NCBI GenBank assembly: GCA_964019335.1
Contig: OZ025719.1
Coordinates: forward strand, 427,450 to 491,449
DNA: 64,000 nt
DNA from: Diplonema japonicum
Taxonomy: Eukaryota; Protista; Euglenozoa: Diplonemea
Direction of reading: 5' to 3'
In this document: one piece after another, positions 1 through 10,549 of the stretch
Layout: each line of letters begins with the position of its first letter
Position numbering within the stretch: the stretch's first letter is position 1
The notes under the pieces: model-generated
What the model saw: only the letters and a program-made list of their open reading frames with translations
What the model was told of the DNA's origin: nothing
Database searches by the model: none
Program-made: the position numbers and the translations under genes

Positions 1-3000
1 CTGTACCCTGTGTTTGCACCTGAACTGGACGAGGAACAGGTGGCATCCTTCATTGCAGACGACTGGGAAGAGGACTGTGGCGGGTGCGAAGACCTCACTG
101 CAGTCATGTTTGGCGCGTCCGTCCTGAACTTCCTGGACACGGTCGACAGCTCACACACTGTGGCCTCCTACGTTACGCTCTTGAAGAAGTCCATCGGCAC
201 GTTGTTTGGCTATCCAGAGGTTGTCTCCGCGTTAGAGGCAATCGAAGCTGAAGCCGAAAAACAACCCGAAGAAGAAGAAGAAGAAGAAGGACCTTCAACA
301 CCTCCCGCGGACTTCGACTTCTCTGTTTTCGAGACTGAGCGCGCTCAGCGTTCACGCAAGATTTCCTTTGCAGAGATCGTGGCACCACCATTGCCCAAGG
401 TGGAATTGGAAGAACAAGCACCCCCTGAACCATTGGAGGAGGACGAGGAGGAGGAGCTGGCTGAGTCCAATGAGTTTGAGGAATCGAACGAAGGCTGCGA
501 GCCCAAGTTCACAGTTCCGAAGGACATCAAAAAGCCCTCCCTAGTTTCTGCCGTTCAGGACAAGCCTGTAAAGAGAGCAACAATGATGGTGGGCAGTGTC
601 GACCCCCGTAAGAACCCAACTGAAAAGTTGAAGGACCCCAAAGAACGGCAGGGGGATGGCGGGATCCAAAACGAACCAAAGCGCTACATTCACATAGACC
701 CTGAAAATGAACCGCGTACCGATGGCCCTCAAAACGTCCCTCACCATACAACGCCACACAGAGCTAAAAAGGAAGAGGCAAGGAAGCGTGGAACTACTGC
801 GGATTCTCCTGTTGATGCCCCGAGCAAGACCACAAGTTTACGTGATGTTGACACCTCAGGTACAGGGACCGCCGAGGACGAAGACATAGCCAGGCCGCCT
901 GGAGCCACACCAGAAACTGAGAGTTTGCCCTTGAACGGCACGACGGCAGAAACAGTGATTGCAAACATGAGTAAGGGAAAGCAAAAGAAACCGGGTGGGA
1001 AACCTGGGTGGAAGCGAAGAGCAAAAAACAGAGATACTGAGGAAGTGGAGCAGGCGAAACACAACCTTGCTGATATCCAGGCGGAGATGAATAAGATGCG
1101 CGTGAAGTTCCTCGGTGAGGATAACTCGAAGAGGATGTTGTTTGGGGTGTTGTACGTGGCTGCCGCAAGTGTTTCCTGCGACGCCGCACAACGTGTGATT
1201 TCGCGACGCCCTGTTATCAGACGGCGGGAAGTCCCTTCCATGTCAGGCATGTCCCACATAACCCCTTCTGAAGAAACTTATGAAGGCACTGCAGACGGCA
1301 CTGGGATAGAAGAAAACGAAGAAGAGGAAGAAGAAGAGGAAGAAGAGGAGGAGGAGGAGGAGGAGGAAGATGAGGAAGAAGAAGAAGAAAGAGAAGAAGA
1401 GGAAAGTGAGCCGAACGTAGCACCTGATCTTGGCCGCGCTGTTCTGGCACGGTGGAAGAAAAAGAAGAAAAAGCGCAAGAACAAACGAAATGCGATTGCT
1501 GCGTTCAAAAAGGTGGCCGCATTCAAGCCTGCTGAAAAGAGTGGCGCCCCGAAGCTAGCAAATGTACTCAACAAGAAGTACAAGAACTTGAAGCCGATGA
1601 AGATTATTAGGAAGCAGCCGGACATGAAAATTCCCGAGCCAGGTCCAAAACCTACGACGACGGCAGTCAAAGCCGGACGAGTGCTTGCTGCAAGGAAATT
1701 CAAAAGCCTCAAGAACAAGGTATCGCCGCCTGCCGAGGTACCACGTGATGAACCAATGCCCTCGTCGCCTATGGACGACAAGTGGGGCATGTTGGAATCT
1801 GACATGCAGGGCAAGCAGTATTCAAAGGCAGCAATAGACAGTCTCATCCCTGCGCTGCTATCGTCGGTCACATCAAAGGAGGCCAACATCCTCAAGAACC
1901 AGCCCGCCACTACTCCTGACACGCAGTGGACAGACCGTAGTGACGGTGACTATGCTGCACTCCGCACTACACTCGGGAGCCAGGAGTTCGAGGCAGAGGC
2001 TTCCGTGTCTCCTCTTTTGCGCTCCGCTGATGACATGCAAGACTTCAAGCTGGCTGACCTTGGCACCCCTACCGGGCTAAGTGTTGCTGTGACAGATGTC
2101 AAACAAGAAGCAGACACAGAAAACACGCAAAAGAGAGAGGTCAAAGACGATGGCGCAGTTGTGATACCACCTGCCGCTGAAACGGACGATGTGCAGGACA
2201 CAAGGGATGACAATACGTGCGATGAGGACAGATCACCAGACTACAATGCGTGCGATGAGGACAAGTTGTCAGGGCAGGATACGGACAGAAGCGGGAGGGA
2301 AGATAAACTTTGGCAAAGTGGATACAAGATTGAAGATGCAGTGGTGCGGGACGAAGCAGCACAGCAGGAGGCCGAAGAAGAAAAAGAAGAAGAAAAAGAA
2401 TGGATCAGCAATGATAAAGCCCTTGAAAGACTCGTTGACCCAGCTCCCTTAAAACCGTCTAGTCCTGTGTTCACTGCTGCCGTGCTTCCCGATGACACTG
2501 ACGATGAAACTCCTATTTTGAAAGATAGCAGAAAGGCCACGCCAGTAACATCGCAGCCTGCAAAGCTCGCCATTATTAATAAGACAGACAACCATGGGAT
2601 GGGGGTGAACAGGGCTGCTGTGGAACAGCTAGTCAGACAGGAGCTGGGTCTCATGGACTTCATCGAGGGCGTGTCAAAGGAAAGCAGGAGCTACTCTGAT
2701 GATGAATTGTCCATACCAGTGTTCCCTGAAATTGTGCATGAAAAGCCACTATCAGAAGTTGCGGAGCACGACATCGCAGAGAGTGTTACTCCTTGCCGTC
2801 TTGTGACTGAAAGCCAGAGCGACAACAATGATAACGACAACGTGTCTCTAGCCGAGCTTGACGAACGGCGTCAGTCGCACGGCATTGTCACTCACTTCCA
2901 CCATGAAGACATGTCATCTCATGATTCTGAATCTGAATCTGAATATGAATCTGGATCTGTAACTCCCGGAACTCCTGTAACACCTGTGACACCCATGTCC

Positions 3001-4302
3001 CCTGTTGCTGCCACCCCTGTCAGTCCCGCTCTTCTTGTCTCCACTCCTAAGCCCGCGGCACGATCTCAAATAAATCTAGTCGCGAAACCCAAGCAGTCGA
3101 AAAGACAATATCCGCTGCCAGAAAGGAGTACAGCAAAAGGCGAGCCCGCGAGCGTTGGACGCGTGCAGGTACAAGTGCGGGAGAATATGAATGATGACGA
3201 GGTAGTGGTGCAGCTGGATGCCCCTGTTGAGCAGGACGCATCTGCGCCTGTTGTAGTAGTACCACCTTCTGAAAGTTCAGCAGAGTCATTCGACGAGCTA
3301 TCACGCAGCATGCCGATGATTGTTGTAAACGCAAATGGCGAGGTGAGCATTGCAAGCAAGAAAAGCGTTCATGATAGCACAGCAAAGAAGCTCACCTCAC
3401 AGCTGTTGAAAGCCTTTGCTGAAGAGCCTTTGACAGAATGCATGCGTGTGAGCACGCCTGTGGCCGTGTCGCGTGGGGAGCTGAGCGGGTGGAAATCGTC
3501 GACAGCGAGCTGCCTTTCAGGCGACGGAGTGACCTCTTCACAGCGACAAGTACTAAACAAGATGCAGGCACGACCTTCGACACACGGGGGCAAGGTGCAT
3601 GTGGCGAAGTATATAAACAAGAAACATGGTAGACCGGCAACTGTCAGCACAGCTCTATCTGCAACTCAGCATGGTGCCACGAGAACCCTTCCAAAAGAGA
3701 GCAAGTCACCTATGACCATGGCACGGCATGCAGTGGCAGTGATGAGTAAGGCCCGTGATCCAAAAGCTCCACCGGCAGAGAGGGCGCTGCAAGCACTGTT
3801 GCCGACGAGACATTCGGAGAGCAAGGAAAAGAAACGGCTGCTCCCTGCGATAGATAAGGTTCTGCAAGAGTGGAACCCGCGACAGGTCGAAAAGTATTTG
3901 CACGACAGTGGGCTCCCAGAGGATGTGTGCCGCGCCTTCAGGCGGCATGGGGTTTCAGGGTTGTCCATCTGCAACGACAGCGAGTCATCACTCAGCTTCC
4001 TGAAAAACATACCTCTCACACAGCGGCAAGCAAAGCGCCTCGTGAATGTGGTGCGTACAATGGCTTCGTTTGATTCGAAGCTGTGCAACGCACCAGCCAA
4101 GCAGACCCTTCTTGATGAGAAGCTACCTGAATTGCGCTATTCTACAGGCCCCCTTTCCAGGGGGCGGCTTAAACCTTTAAAACCAACTCAGACCAAAAGG
4201 GCCTCGCTGCCGTCGTTCTCTTTTGGGATCATAGGCTCGGGGCCCTTATTAGAGGGACACAAGCTGCCCGGTGTAGGTCTCGCGAAGTATTCGTGTCATT
4301 AA
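1..4302 (+). CDS. Large low-complexity protein, 5'-truncated by the window edge, with a C-terminal SAM-like domain
   Basis: Frame is open from base 1 (LYPVFAPE...). Long Glu/Lys/Ser-rich disordered tracts. WNPRQVEKYLHDSGLPEDVCRAFRRHGVSG matches the SAM-domain pattern W..+V..L...GL.....F....+.G. Confidence 0.7.
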   Translation: MYPVFAPELDEEQVASFIADDWEEDCGGCEDLTAVMFGASVLNFLDTVDSSHTVASYVTLLKKSIGTLFGYPEVVSALEAIEAEAEKQPEEEEEEEGPSTPPADFDFSVFETERAQRSRKISFAEIVAPPLPKVELEEQAPPEPLEEDEEEELAESNEFEESNEGCEPKFTVPKDIKKPSLVSAVQDKPVKRATMMVGSVDPRKNPTEKLKDPKERQGDGGIQNEPKRYIHIDPENEPRTDGPQNVPHHTTPHRAKKEEARKRGTTADSPVDAPSKTTSLRDVDTSGTGTAEDEDIARPPGATPETESLPLNGTTAETVIANMSKGKQKKPGGKPGWKRRAKNRDTEEVEQAKHNLADIQAEMNKMRVKFLGEDNSKRMLFGVLYVAAASVSCDAAQRVISRRPVIRRREVPSMSGMSHITPSEETYEGTADGTGIEENEEEEEEEEEEEEEEEEEDEEEEEEREEEESEPNVAPDLGRAVLARWKKKKKKRKNKRNAIAAFKKVAAFKPAEKSGAPKLANVLNKKYKNLKPMKIIRKQPDMKIPEPGPKPTTTAVKAGRVLAARKFKSLKNKVSPPAEVPRDEPMPSSPMDDKWGMLESDMQGKQYSKAAIDSLIPALLSSVTSKEANILKNQPATTPDTQWTDRSDGDYAALRTTLGSQEFEAEASVSPLLRSADDMQDFKLADLGTPTGLSVAVTDVKQEADTENTQKREVKDDGAVVIPPAAETDDVQDTRDDNTCDEDRSPDYNACDEDKLSGQDTDRSGREDKLWQSGYKIEDAVVRDEAAQQEAEEEKEEEKEWISNDKALERLVDPAPLKPSSPVFTAAVLPDDTDDETPILKDSRKATPVTSQPAKLAIINKTDNHGMGVNRAAVEQLVRQELGLMDFIEGVSKESRSYSDDELSIPVFPEIVHEKPLSEVAEHDIAESVTPCRLVTESQSDNNDNDNVSLAELDERRQSHGIVTHFHHEDMSSHDSESESEYESGSVTPGTPVTPVTPMSPVAATPVSPALLVSTPKPAARSQINLVAKPKQSKRQYPLPERSTAKGEPASVGRVQVQVRENMNDDEVVVQLDAPVEQDASAPVVVVPPSESSAESFDELSRSMPMIVVNANGEVSIASKKSVHDSTAKKLTSQLLKAFAEEPLTECMRVSTPVAVSRGELSGWKSSTASCLSGDGVTSSQRQVLNKMQARPSTHGGKVHVAKYINKKHGRPATVSTALSATQHGATRTLPKESKSPMTMARHAVAVMSKARDPKAPPAERALQALLPTRHSESKEKKRLLPAIDKVLQEWNPRQVEKYLHDSGLPEDVCRAFRRHGVSGLSICNDSESSLSFLKNIPLTQRQAKRLVNVVRTMASFDSKLCNAPAKQTLLDEKLPELRYSTGPLSRGRLKPLKPTQTKRASLPSFSFGIIGSGPLLEGHKLPGVGLAKYSCH

Positions 4303-4332
4303 CTTGGTGCAGCTACACAACACACAGGTTGG

Positions 4333-5616
4333 ATGACGGTACTAACGGAAAGATCTGTTTTTGCGGGCGAGTTGCGCACATGGTTGAAGAAAGCACTTGC
4401 AGAGCGGCTGCAAAAGCTGGACCGAGCTGAGGAGGAGCACATCTTCCAAAAGCCGGCGCAGGCAATGTTCGACATACCCGACTATAAGCTGAAGATACGC
4501 CACCCGATGGACCTCAGCAATATCACACTGCAGTCAAAGGAGTCCTACTCCACTGTGGAAGCGGCGAAGGCGGACTTCGAGCTGATGATTCTGAACTGCA
4601 GGCTGTACTACGGGAAGGAGACTACGTACGACCAGTACGCAATGAACCTGCTGGCCGATGCATACAAAGTGTTCGACGAGCTAGAGGCTGACTTCGTCCG
4701 CGAGCAGGCACGCTACCCGGACCATGCCGATCTGCTGAACCGGATATGGCAACGGAGGCTGCGGGAGCACCCCTTGACCAGCGGACTAAAGCCGGATGAG
4801 AAGGAAAAGTACTTCGCTATGGTAGGGAAGAAGGGCGTGATCAAGGCACCCTCGTCACCGTCGCCTACACCCACACCGCCTACCCCTACTGTGACATCGA
4901 CCCCAGCGCCCTCTGCTTCGATCACCCCGCAGCCACCCCCGTCTCTGAACAGTCGCCAGCTGCGGCCCCCGTCGTTGCAGCCGCTGGACACATATGTCGA
5001 AACGCCGCATGTGAAGAAGAGAAAGGTTGAATTCAACATCCCCGACGCACCTCCAGGGTGCAGCGCACCCGTCCCCTTGACTGGGCCACCTGATGTCATG
5101 GGGTATGGTGCGCTGACACAGAAAATGCGCGAACAGCTCCGGGACGACAAGAAGTCCCTGCAAGAGCTGTGTTCGTCACCTTCAGATGAGCAGGTCAATG
5201 CAACCATGGACCTCAACAGGCAGACATGGCCGGTGGAGGCCATCATCATGGCATACCTAAGCAGGGTCGAGGCAAGGCAGCATCTGCGTGACGACGAAAA
5301 ACAGAGCATCACGACTGTGATGCACGGACTTCTGCAGAACTTCAACACCTACGCAACGGAGTCCCTGCTGTACCCTGTTGAGCGCCGTGTTGTGGAGAAC
5401 TTCGTGCTCGCGTATGAACTTTCCGATGGACACCAGTGGGGCAGCTACTTAGGGGTAAGGTATCTTGTGAGGCTGCTGGCGGTCCTGCCCACCAGGCTGC
5501 AGGACACGGCTTCTCTACGGGACTCAAAGAGCATCCTTCGGATCGTGCAGGAGTTTGTGATGTATTTAGATGGGAATTGGGATCAGTTCAACGGGGCCCG
5601 TGAGCTTCAAGAGTGA
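4333..5616 (+). CDS. Bromodomain + MRG-domain chromatin protein (BDF5/Eaf3-like architecture)
   Basis: IFQKP...IPDYKLKIRHPMDL...DFELMILNCRLY is a bromodomain. After a Pro-rich linker, QLRDD...HGLLQNFNTYATESLLYPVER...YLGVRYLVRLLAVLP...QEFVMYL is the MRG-domain signature. Confidence 0.8.
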   Translation: MTVLTERSVFAGELRTWLKKALAERLQKLDRAEEEHIFQKPAQAMFDIPDYKLKIRHPMDLSNITLQSKESYSTVEAAKADFELMILNCRLYYGKETTYDQYAMNLLADAYKVFDELEADFVREQARYPDHADLLNRIWQRRLREHPLTSGLKPDEKEKYFAMVGKKGVIKAPSSPSPTPTPPTPTVTSTPAPSASITPQPPPSLNSRQLRPPSLQPLDTYVETPHVKKRKVEFNIPDAPPGCSAPVPLTGPPDVMGYGALTQKMREQLRDDKKSLQELCSSPSDEQVNATMDLNRQTWPVEAIIMAYLSRVEARQHLRDDEKQSITTVMHGLLQNFNTYATESLLYPVERRVVENFVLAYELSDGHQWGSYLGVRYLVRLLAVLPTRLQDTASLRDSKSILRIVQEFVMYLDGNWDQFNGARELQE

Positions 5617-5695
5617 AACGGAGTGGTGAATGGTGTCTTTTATTATTATAATTATTTGTATTTCTAGTACCCGAGTAAGGCATACACAGGACAAT

Positions 5696-5905
5696 ATGGG
5701 CACCCCATGCAAGCCGCTGCATGATGATGAAATACTCCCTATCCCGACGCCGGACCTGCGTTGCCGAGACGAGAAAAGCATATGGTTGGAAGCTGCGCTG
5801 CTTACGTCCCCTGGCGGCGAAGCAATCAGAAGGCCCCATCCAGAGGACATGGTGCGCATGATGCTCACCTCTCCAGGTGCGGAAGAAGTGCACATTTCAG
5901 TGTGA
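5696..5905 (+). CDS. Small hypothetical protein (69 aa)
   Basis: ATG is preceded by a CACAG acceptor-like site. Composition is coding-like, with an internal repeat LTSPGGE/LTSPGAE. No recognisable family. Confidence 0.35.
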   Translation: MGTPCKPLHDDEILPIPTPDLRCRDEKSIWLEAALLTSPGGEAIRRPHPEDMVRMMLTSPGAEEVHISV

Positions 5906-8612
5906 CCTTTGTCCCACCTCCCGCCCCGACCTATCAGGTTAAGGGGCATACCCTGTGTACTATTAAAGAGGAGCTGCCTTGGCCCCTTTTCTCCCCCTTT
6001 TTTTTTTTATGTGACAACACCTCCCCTTAAGCTAGTCAAAATGAGGGAACTGCGTCACTCAGAACAGAGGAAGGCAAGGGTGTGATTAATTAATAATACT
6101 AACGTTAAAAAAAAAAGCGAAAGAAAAAAAGAAAAGGAAAAAAAAAAAAGAAAAAAAAAAAAAGAAGCCAGAAAGTACCTAACCTCACAGGTTTTTAACC
6201 TTTTATTTCACTCTTCTGAGATTACTTCACGCTAAATCTCATTACTTCACGGTGAAATAATGGCCTGTTCCGCGTATGCCCTCGTCAGTAGGCCAGTTTT
6301 TTTGCCTCGGTTAACTTTTTTTCTCAGTTTGTCAATCCCCCCCAGCCAGCAGGTTCAGCTCAATTGGCCAGCTTTTTGCCTCAGTTCTCGGCTCAGTTCC
6401 AAGTTGGACTACTTTTTCCTCCCAATTTGCCCACTTTTGGCTAGGCCTTGTTCCCAGTTTCAGCTTTTCTATTTAGTCAGCTAATGCCAGCGACAGCGGC
6501 AGCTCTTAGTCAACAAAAGGAGGGAAAACAACTTTTGTATTGTAACCTTTGTCTTGTCGAAGTAATTTCAGAGTGTCTTGAAATAAAAACCACTTACCTA
6601 CCGTCAAGTAATGACTTTTACCGTCCTCTCGGTTCCCGCAGGGGCCCTCGATGGTAAAATGCGGAACCTCGAGGTAACGGTCATTACTTGTTGGCAGTAA
6701 ATAGCTATTATGTCTTCTGAAAGCTCTTTTAACATAACATGGTTTAAAAAAATATAGGGAGCCTTTCACCCCCCCCCCCCCCCCCCCGTCCGCCAAACCC
6801 AATGGCGGGGATCACTCTTCTCTCTCGACATAACCTCTCCCCTACCTAGTTTCTCGCTCAGATGCTGTTCATCTCCTCGCGACACACAGTCACTAGACTG
6901 CCAAACACTGACGGAGCAAAAAAGAAAGAAAAAAAAAAGAACTCTCACCCAATCCAACTTTAAGCCATCCTGCTTGGAAGGCTGTTGGTATGAAGTGTTC
7001 ATGAGTTCGAGAAAAAAAAAAAAAAAAAGAAGCCTCTCCCTTACTACCGGGGAACGGAAGTCGGAACTCACAAGTATGCTAACCACCAGACTTTTCCTTT
7101 TTACTCGAGTTCATTACAAAGATGTTTATGCTTTTTTCTCATATCTCTAAGACTGTCTGAAAGAAGGGGGGTTTTTTTTTTCCCTCTTAAAATCTTTTTT
7201 TTTTTTGTTACAAATATTTATCTTTCAAAAAGTGATTTTATAACTATATGCAACTTGTGCCGAGCAAAAAACTTTCGCAGCTTTTTAAAAAACCTTTTTT
7301 GCTCGTGCGAACAACAAAGACATATAGTCATAAAGAATTATTTTTCTTCTCCTGCCCGGGGTTTCATTCGGCTTTAGAGAATTGGGAAGGGATCTTTGTC
7401 TCGATTGTGTTCGAAAAGAAAAAGGGTTTTTTGTAAGAAATGGGGGGGGGGGTATGCGTTGCTTTACTTTTCTTTTTACATCTCCTATGTTTTTTTTTTT
7501 TTTAAAGAAAAGTTCAAAACAACAACAAAAAAATAGAAAAGATGGTCAAACCAATGACACGAGGCAACACAAAGAAAATAAAGAAAAATAAAAAAAAAAG
7601 CTAGAAATAAAACAAAAAAGAATAATAAACTAGAAAATAAAAATAAATTTAAGTATGTTCGCAGTCACGGAGGTTTAATGTCAATTTTTTAATGACAATT
7701 TTTTTTCAAGGGCCCAGAAGGGAGAAAGGGATAGATAAGTAGAGACAAGGGGGGCCAAAACAAGAACCTCCTTTATCTCATCTTTTTTTTTTTTAAGCCA
7801 TCTCCTTCGTCAGTTTTCTTCACTCACATGCTGCCCATTCTTTTTGCACAAAAATGCTTTAAAAATGTTGAAAAGTTCATTTCTGAGCAGGGAAAAGAAA
7901 GAGAAAAAAAAAGAGAAAGAAAGATATTTAACATGCTTTTTTTCAACAAGGGGCGAAAGGGTATTTTAAAAAATATAGGACACTTACTTACCCCCAAATG
8001 AGCCATAGTTTTAATTGCAAAGAATTCGGAAACTCAAGCAAGCTATATATTATGACTCATTGGCTGGAACAAAAAAAAACCCAGCTATTTGTCTTTTTGG
8101 ATTTTTAAACATACCCCGCGTTACATCTCTCGAAGTAGCTATTTTTTTCCCCCTCACAAATCAATAGTTTAAAAAAAAAAAAAAAGAAGAAAAAAAAACC
8201 CAACGGAAGTGGCACAAACAACAACCGACCGACTCCTTTTGAACCGACTCATTTCTTTCCTTTTATTTGCAACTTAAGAAAAAAAGAAAAAAAACAATGA
8301 ATTGTAAATGAATTGTTATTCGCTAAAAAAGTGTCGAGGCAGCTTTGTTCGGCTTTTTTTTTTTTTTTTTTTTTTACAAAAACAAGTCCTTGACTTGACT
8401 TACGGGTTACAAACTTCACAAGGTTTCTGCCCCTCCCGCATGGCATGTACAGGCAACAGCCAGTCAAATAATGGGAAAAAAAGGGGGGAGGGGGGCGTGT
8501 AGAAAGCTAATGTAAAAAAAAAAAAAGAAAAAGCCCCCCACCCTTCTTCGGTATTTTAATAATTTTATTTAATTCTGAGCAGCTCTCTCAAAGAATTTAG
8601 GCCGGAAGATAT

Positions 8613-8748
8613 AAATCAGGTTTCACTTTATTTCACGCCCAGACCTGGGCGTGAAATAAAAGTATCTGATTTTTTTTTCCTCATGTTTTTAAGCCAAACG
8701 TTGCTGATTTTGCTGGGCGTGAAAATCAGGTACTTTATTTCACGCCCA
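8613..8748. repeat. Pair of related inverted repeats (TTTCACGCCCA/TGGGCGTGAAA)
   Basis: Perfect 16-bp IR at 8627-8642/8645-8660 with a 2-nt loop. A second 11-bp IR of the same motif at 8714-8724/8738-8748. Confidence 0.85.
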
Positions 8749-8765
8749 CAGTCATTTCTAGCAAA

Positions 8766-8990
8766 ATGGGAAGAAAACCGAAGGCGACCGGGAAGCGAGC
8801 CAAGGGCATCAGCCTCGAGAAAGAGGCCAAAGCTGTGATGGAAGACACGCTTCCAACGGCAAGCAAAATAGCCTACAAGAAGGAGTGGGAGAGGTTTTGC
8901 ACCTACTCGATCAAACCCACGCCCCTTCAGCCCTGCCCCCTTCGACACAGCCCACTTCTTCAGCAGTGCACAGAATCACGTTTGACATGA
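8766..8990 (+). pseudogene. Possible relic of a tyrosine-recombinase (Crypton/DIRS-like) N-terminal domain
   Basis: TLPTASKIAYKKEWERFCTY resembles the T...Y...W..F core-binding helix of YR integrases. The ORF then degenerates. Confidence 0.3.
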
Positions 8991-10549
8991 ACGTCAACAT
9001 CAATTCGCCGAATTAATCATACCAAACCCAGTACCGTGTTCAGTAAAGACTCGCGCATTGCGCCGCTACAAGCAGGCAGCAGCGAAGCCACACTTAGCAC
9101 CTAAATTCTTTTCGAGAGCAGCTCATCATTAAATAAAATGCAGTATTGAATAAAATCAGAGCATGATTTCAGGCTATCTGATTTTCATTTAATAAATAGC
9201 TATTAAATTTTTATTGTTCTTTTGGTTTTGCTTCTTTTTTTTTTTTTTTATTCGTCTTCCTCCCATGGCTGGTCTCAACCAACGATTACGGTTTATTTGT
9301 GGGACAGGAAGAAAAGCTGCCCAAGAAGGGAAGCATTGACTGATAGAAACCCAGCCCTCTGCAATATTCTTTTTTTTCTCCGCAGAAGAACTCATCAAAA
9401 TGCTGATTCACAAAAAACCGTGGGTTCCGTGGGCTGTGCTGTCAGAGGCCTTTTGCACTTTCGTTGCCTCGAGCAGAAAAGGAAGGGAAAGAGGGAAAAG
9501 AGGACAGCAAAAGTGGTTTTATTTTATGTTGATTCGCTCAGCGTTGAGCTTAGAGCTTTGGATTGTATTTCTAAAAAGAAAAAATGTTTTTTTTTTATTC
9601 TTATTCTTCGTTTGGCTTTTTTTTTGAATTGCAAACCGTTTTTTTTTTATTATTATTATTTTTTTTTTTAGGTCTGTTTTTCTTTCTTTTTTTTTTTTCT
9701 CCCAGGGTCTTCATTTGCCCTTTGGGTGTGTGCAAAATCCTTTCTTCGTCCTCTTCTTTTCTAAACTTTTTTTTATTTAGAGCCTCAGGCTAGAGTCTCT
9801 TTCGCGCTGGTGGCATTTCTTTAACAGACCGAATGCCTTGCCAGAAAAGGGAATAGCGCGCACGGTCCTCGTGCCTACTTTAACCTCTTTCTGTTTCTTT
9901 TAGACCCCCCCCCCCTCCCCACCTTCAATCTCCTGTAGATAGATTGCGTACTCCTTCATTGTGATACCAATTGGATTGCCAGGTTATTGTATTCCATCCC
10001 CTCCTGACCCCTCATTTTGCGTGGCCTTGTGTCCTACTCACCATATCTCTAAAACCCTCAAACACCCTTTCAATCCTTGCAATATCAATTTTTATTTTCC
10101 CGCGTCCGCTGGTTACTTGCGTCCTGTTGAAGAGTAGACGGGTCACTGTGGTTGCCTCTTCCTCATCATTTGCTGGTTAATTTTGCGAACAAGGACCACA
10201 ACCCATAGCATCCAGGGCTGTTGAGGTTGACAACGACAGAGGAGTAGTTCAGAGACGGCAGGCTGTCTCGGACGGCTCCTTCCCACCAGTCATCTTTCCA
10301 GCCGGAAATTCCCCGTGAAACCCCTGTTGAGCCCATGGACTTGGCTTTTACGGGTTTTAGATATGGGTCGTTAAAAAAGGGGGAAAGTTTTTATTCTTTT
10401 ATCTATCAGTGCCTTTTGATCCTTTTCTCCTATTTCTTTCTTTTTTTTTTTTTTCGAGTTTACGAAAGAAAACCCACAAAAAAAAAGTAAAAATAGGATC
10501 CCTTTTTTTTTTGTTGTCTCCACGACAATAGAAAGAAAGGAAGAACAAG

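Noticed and set aside
9277-9287. AACCAACGATT resembles the 5' end of the diplonemid spliced leader as I recall it
   Set aside because: Only 11 nt match; the conserved GTTTCTGTACT..TTG/GT exon end does not follow, so it is not an SL RNA gene.
6030-9900. Short ORFs in the homopolymer-rich spacer
   Set aside because: Poly-Phe/Lys translations of A/T runs, i.e. non-coding low-complexity DNA. The same applies to 14240-15050, 30610-31700, 32410-33540 and 63200-64000.
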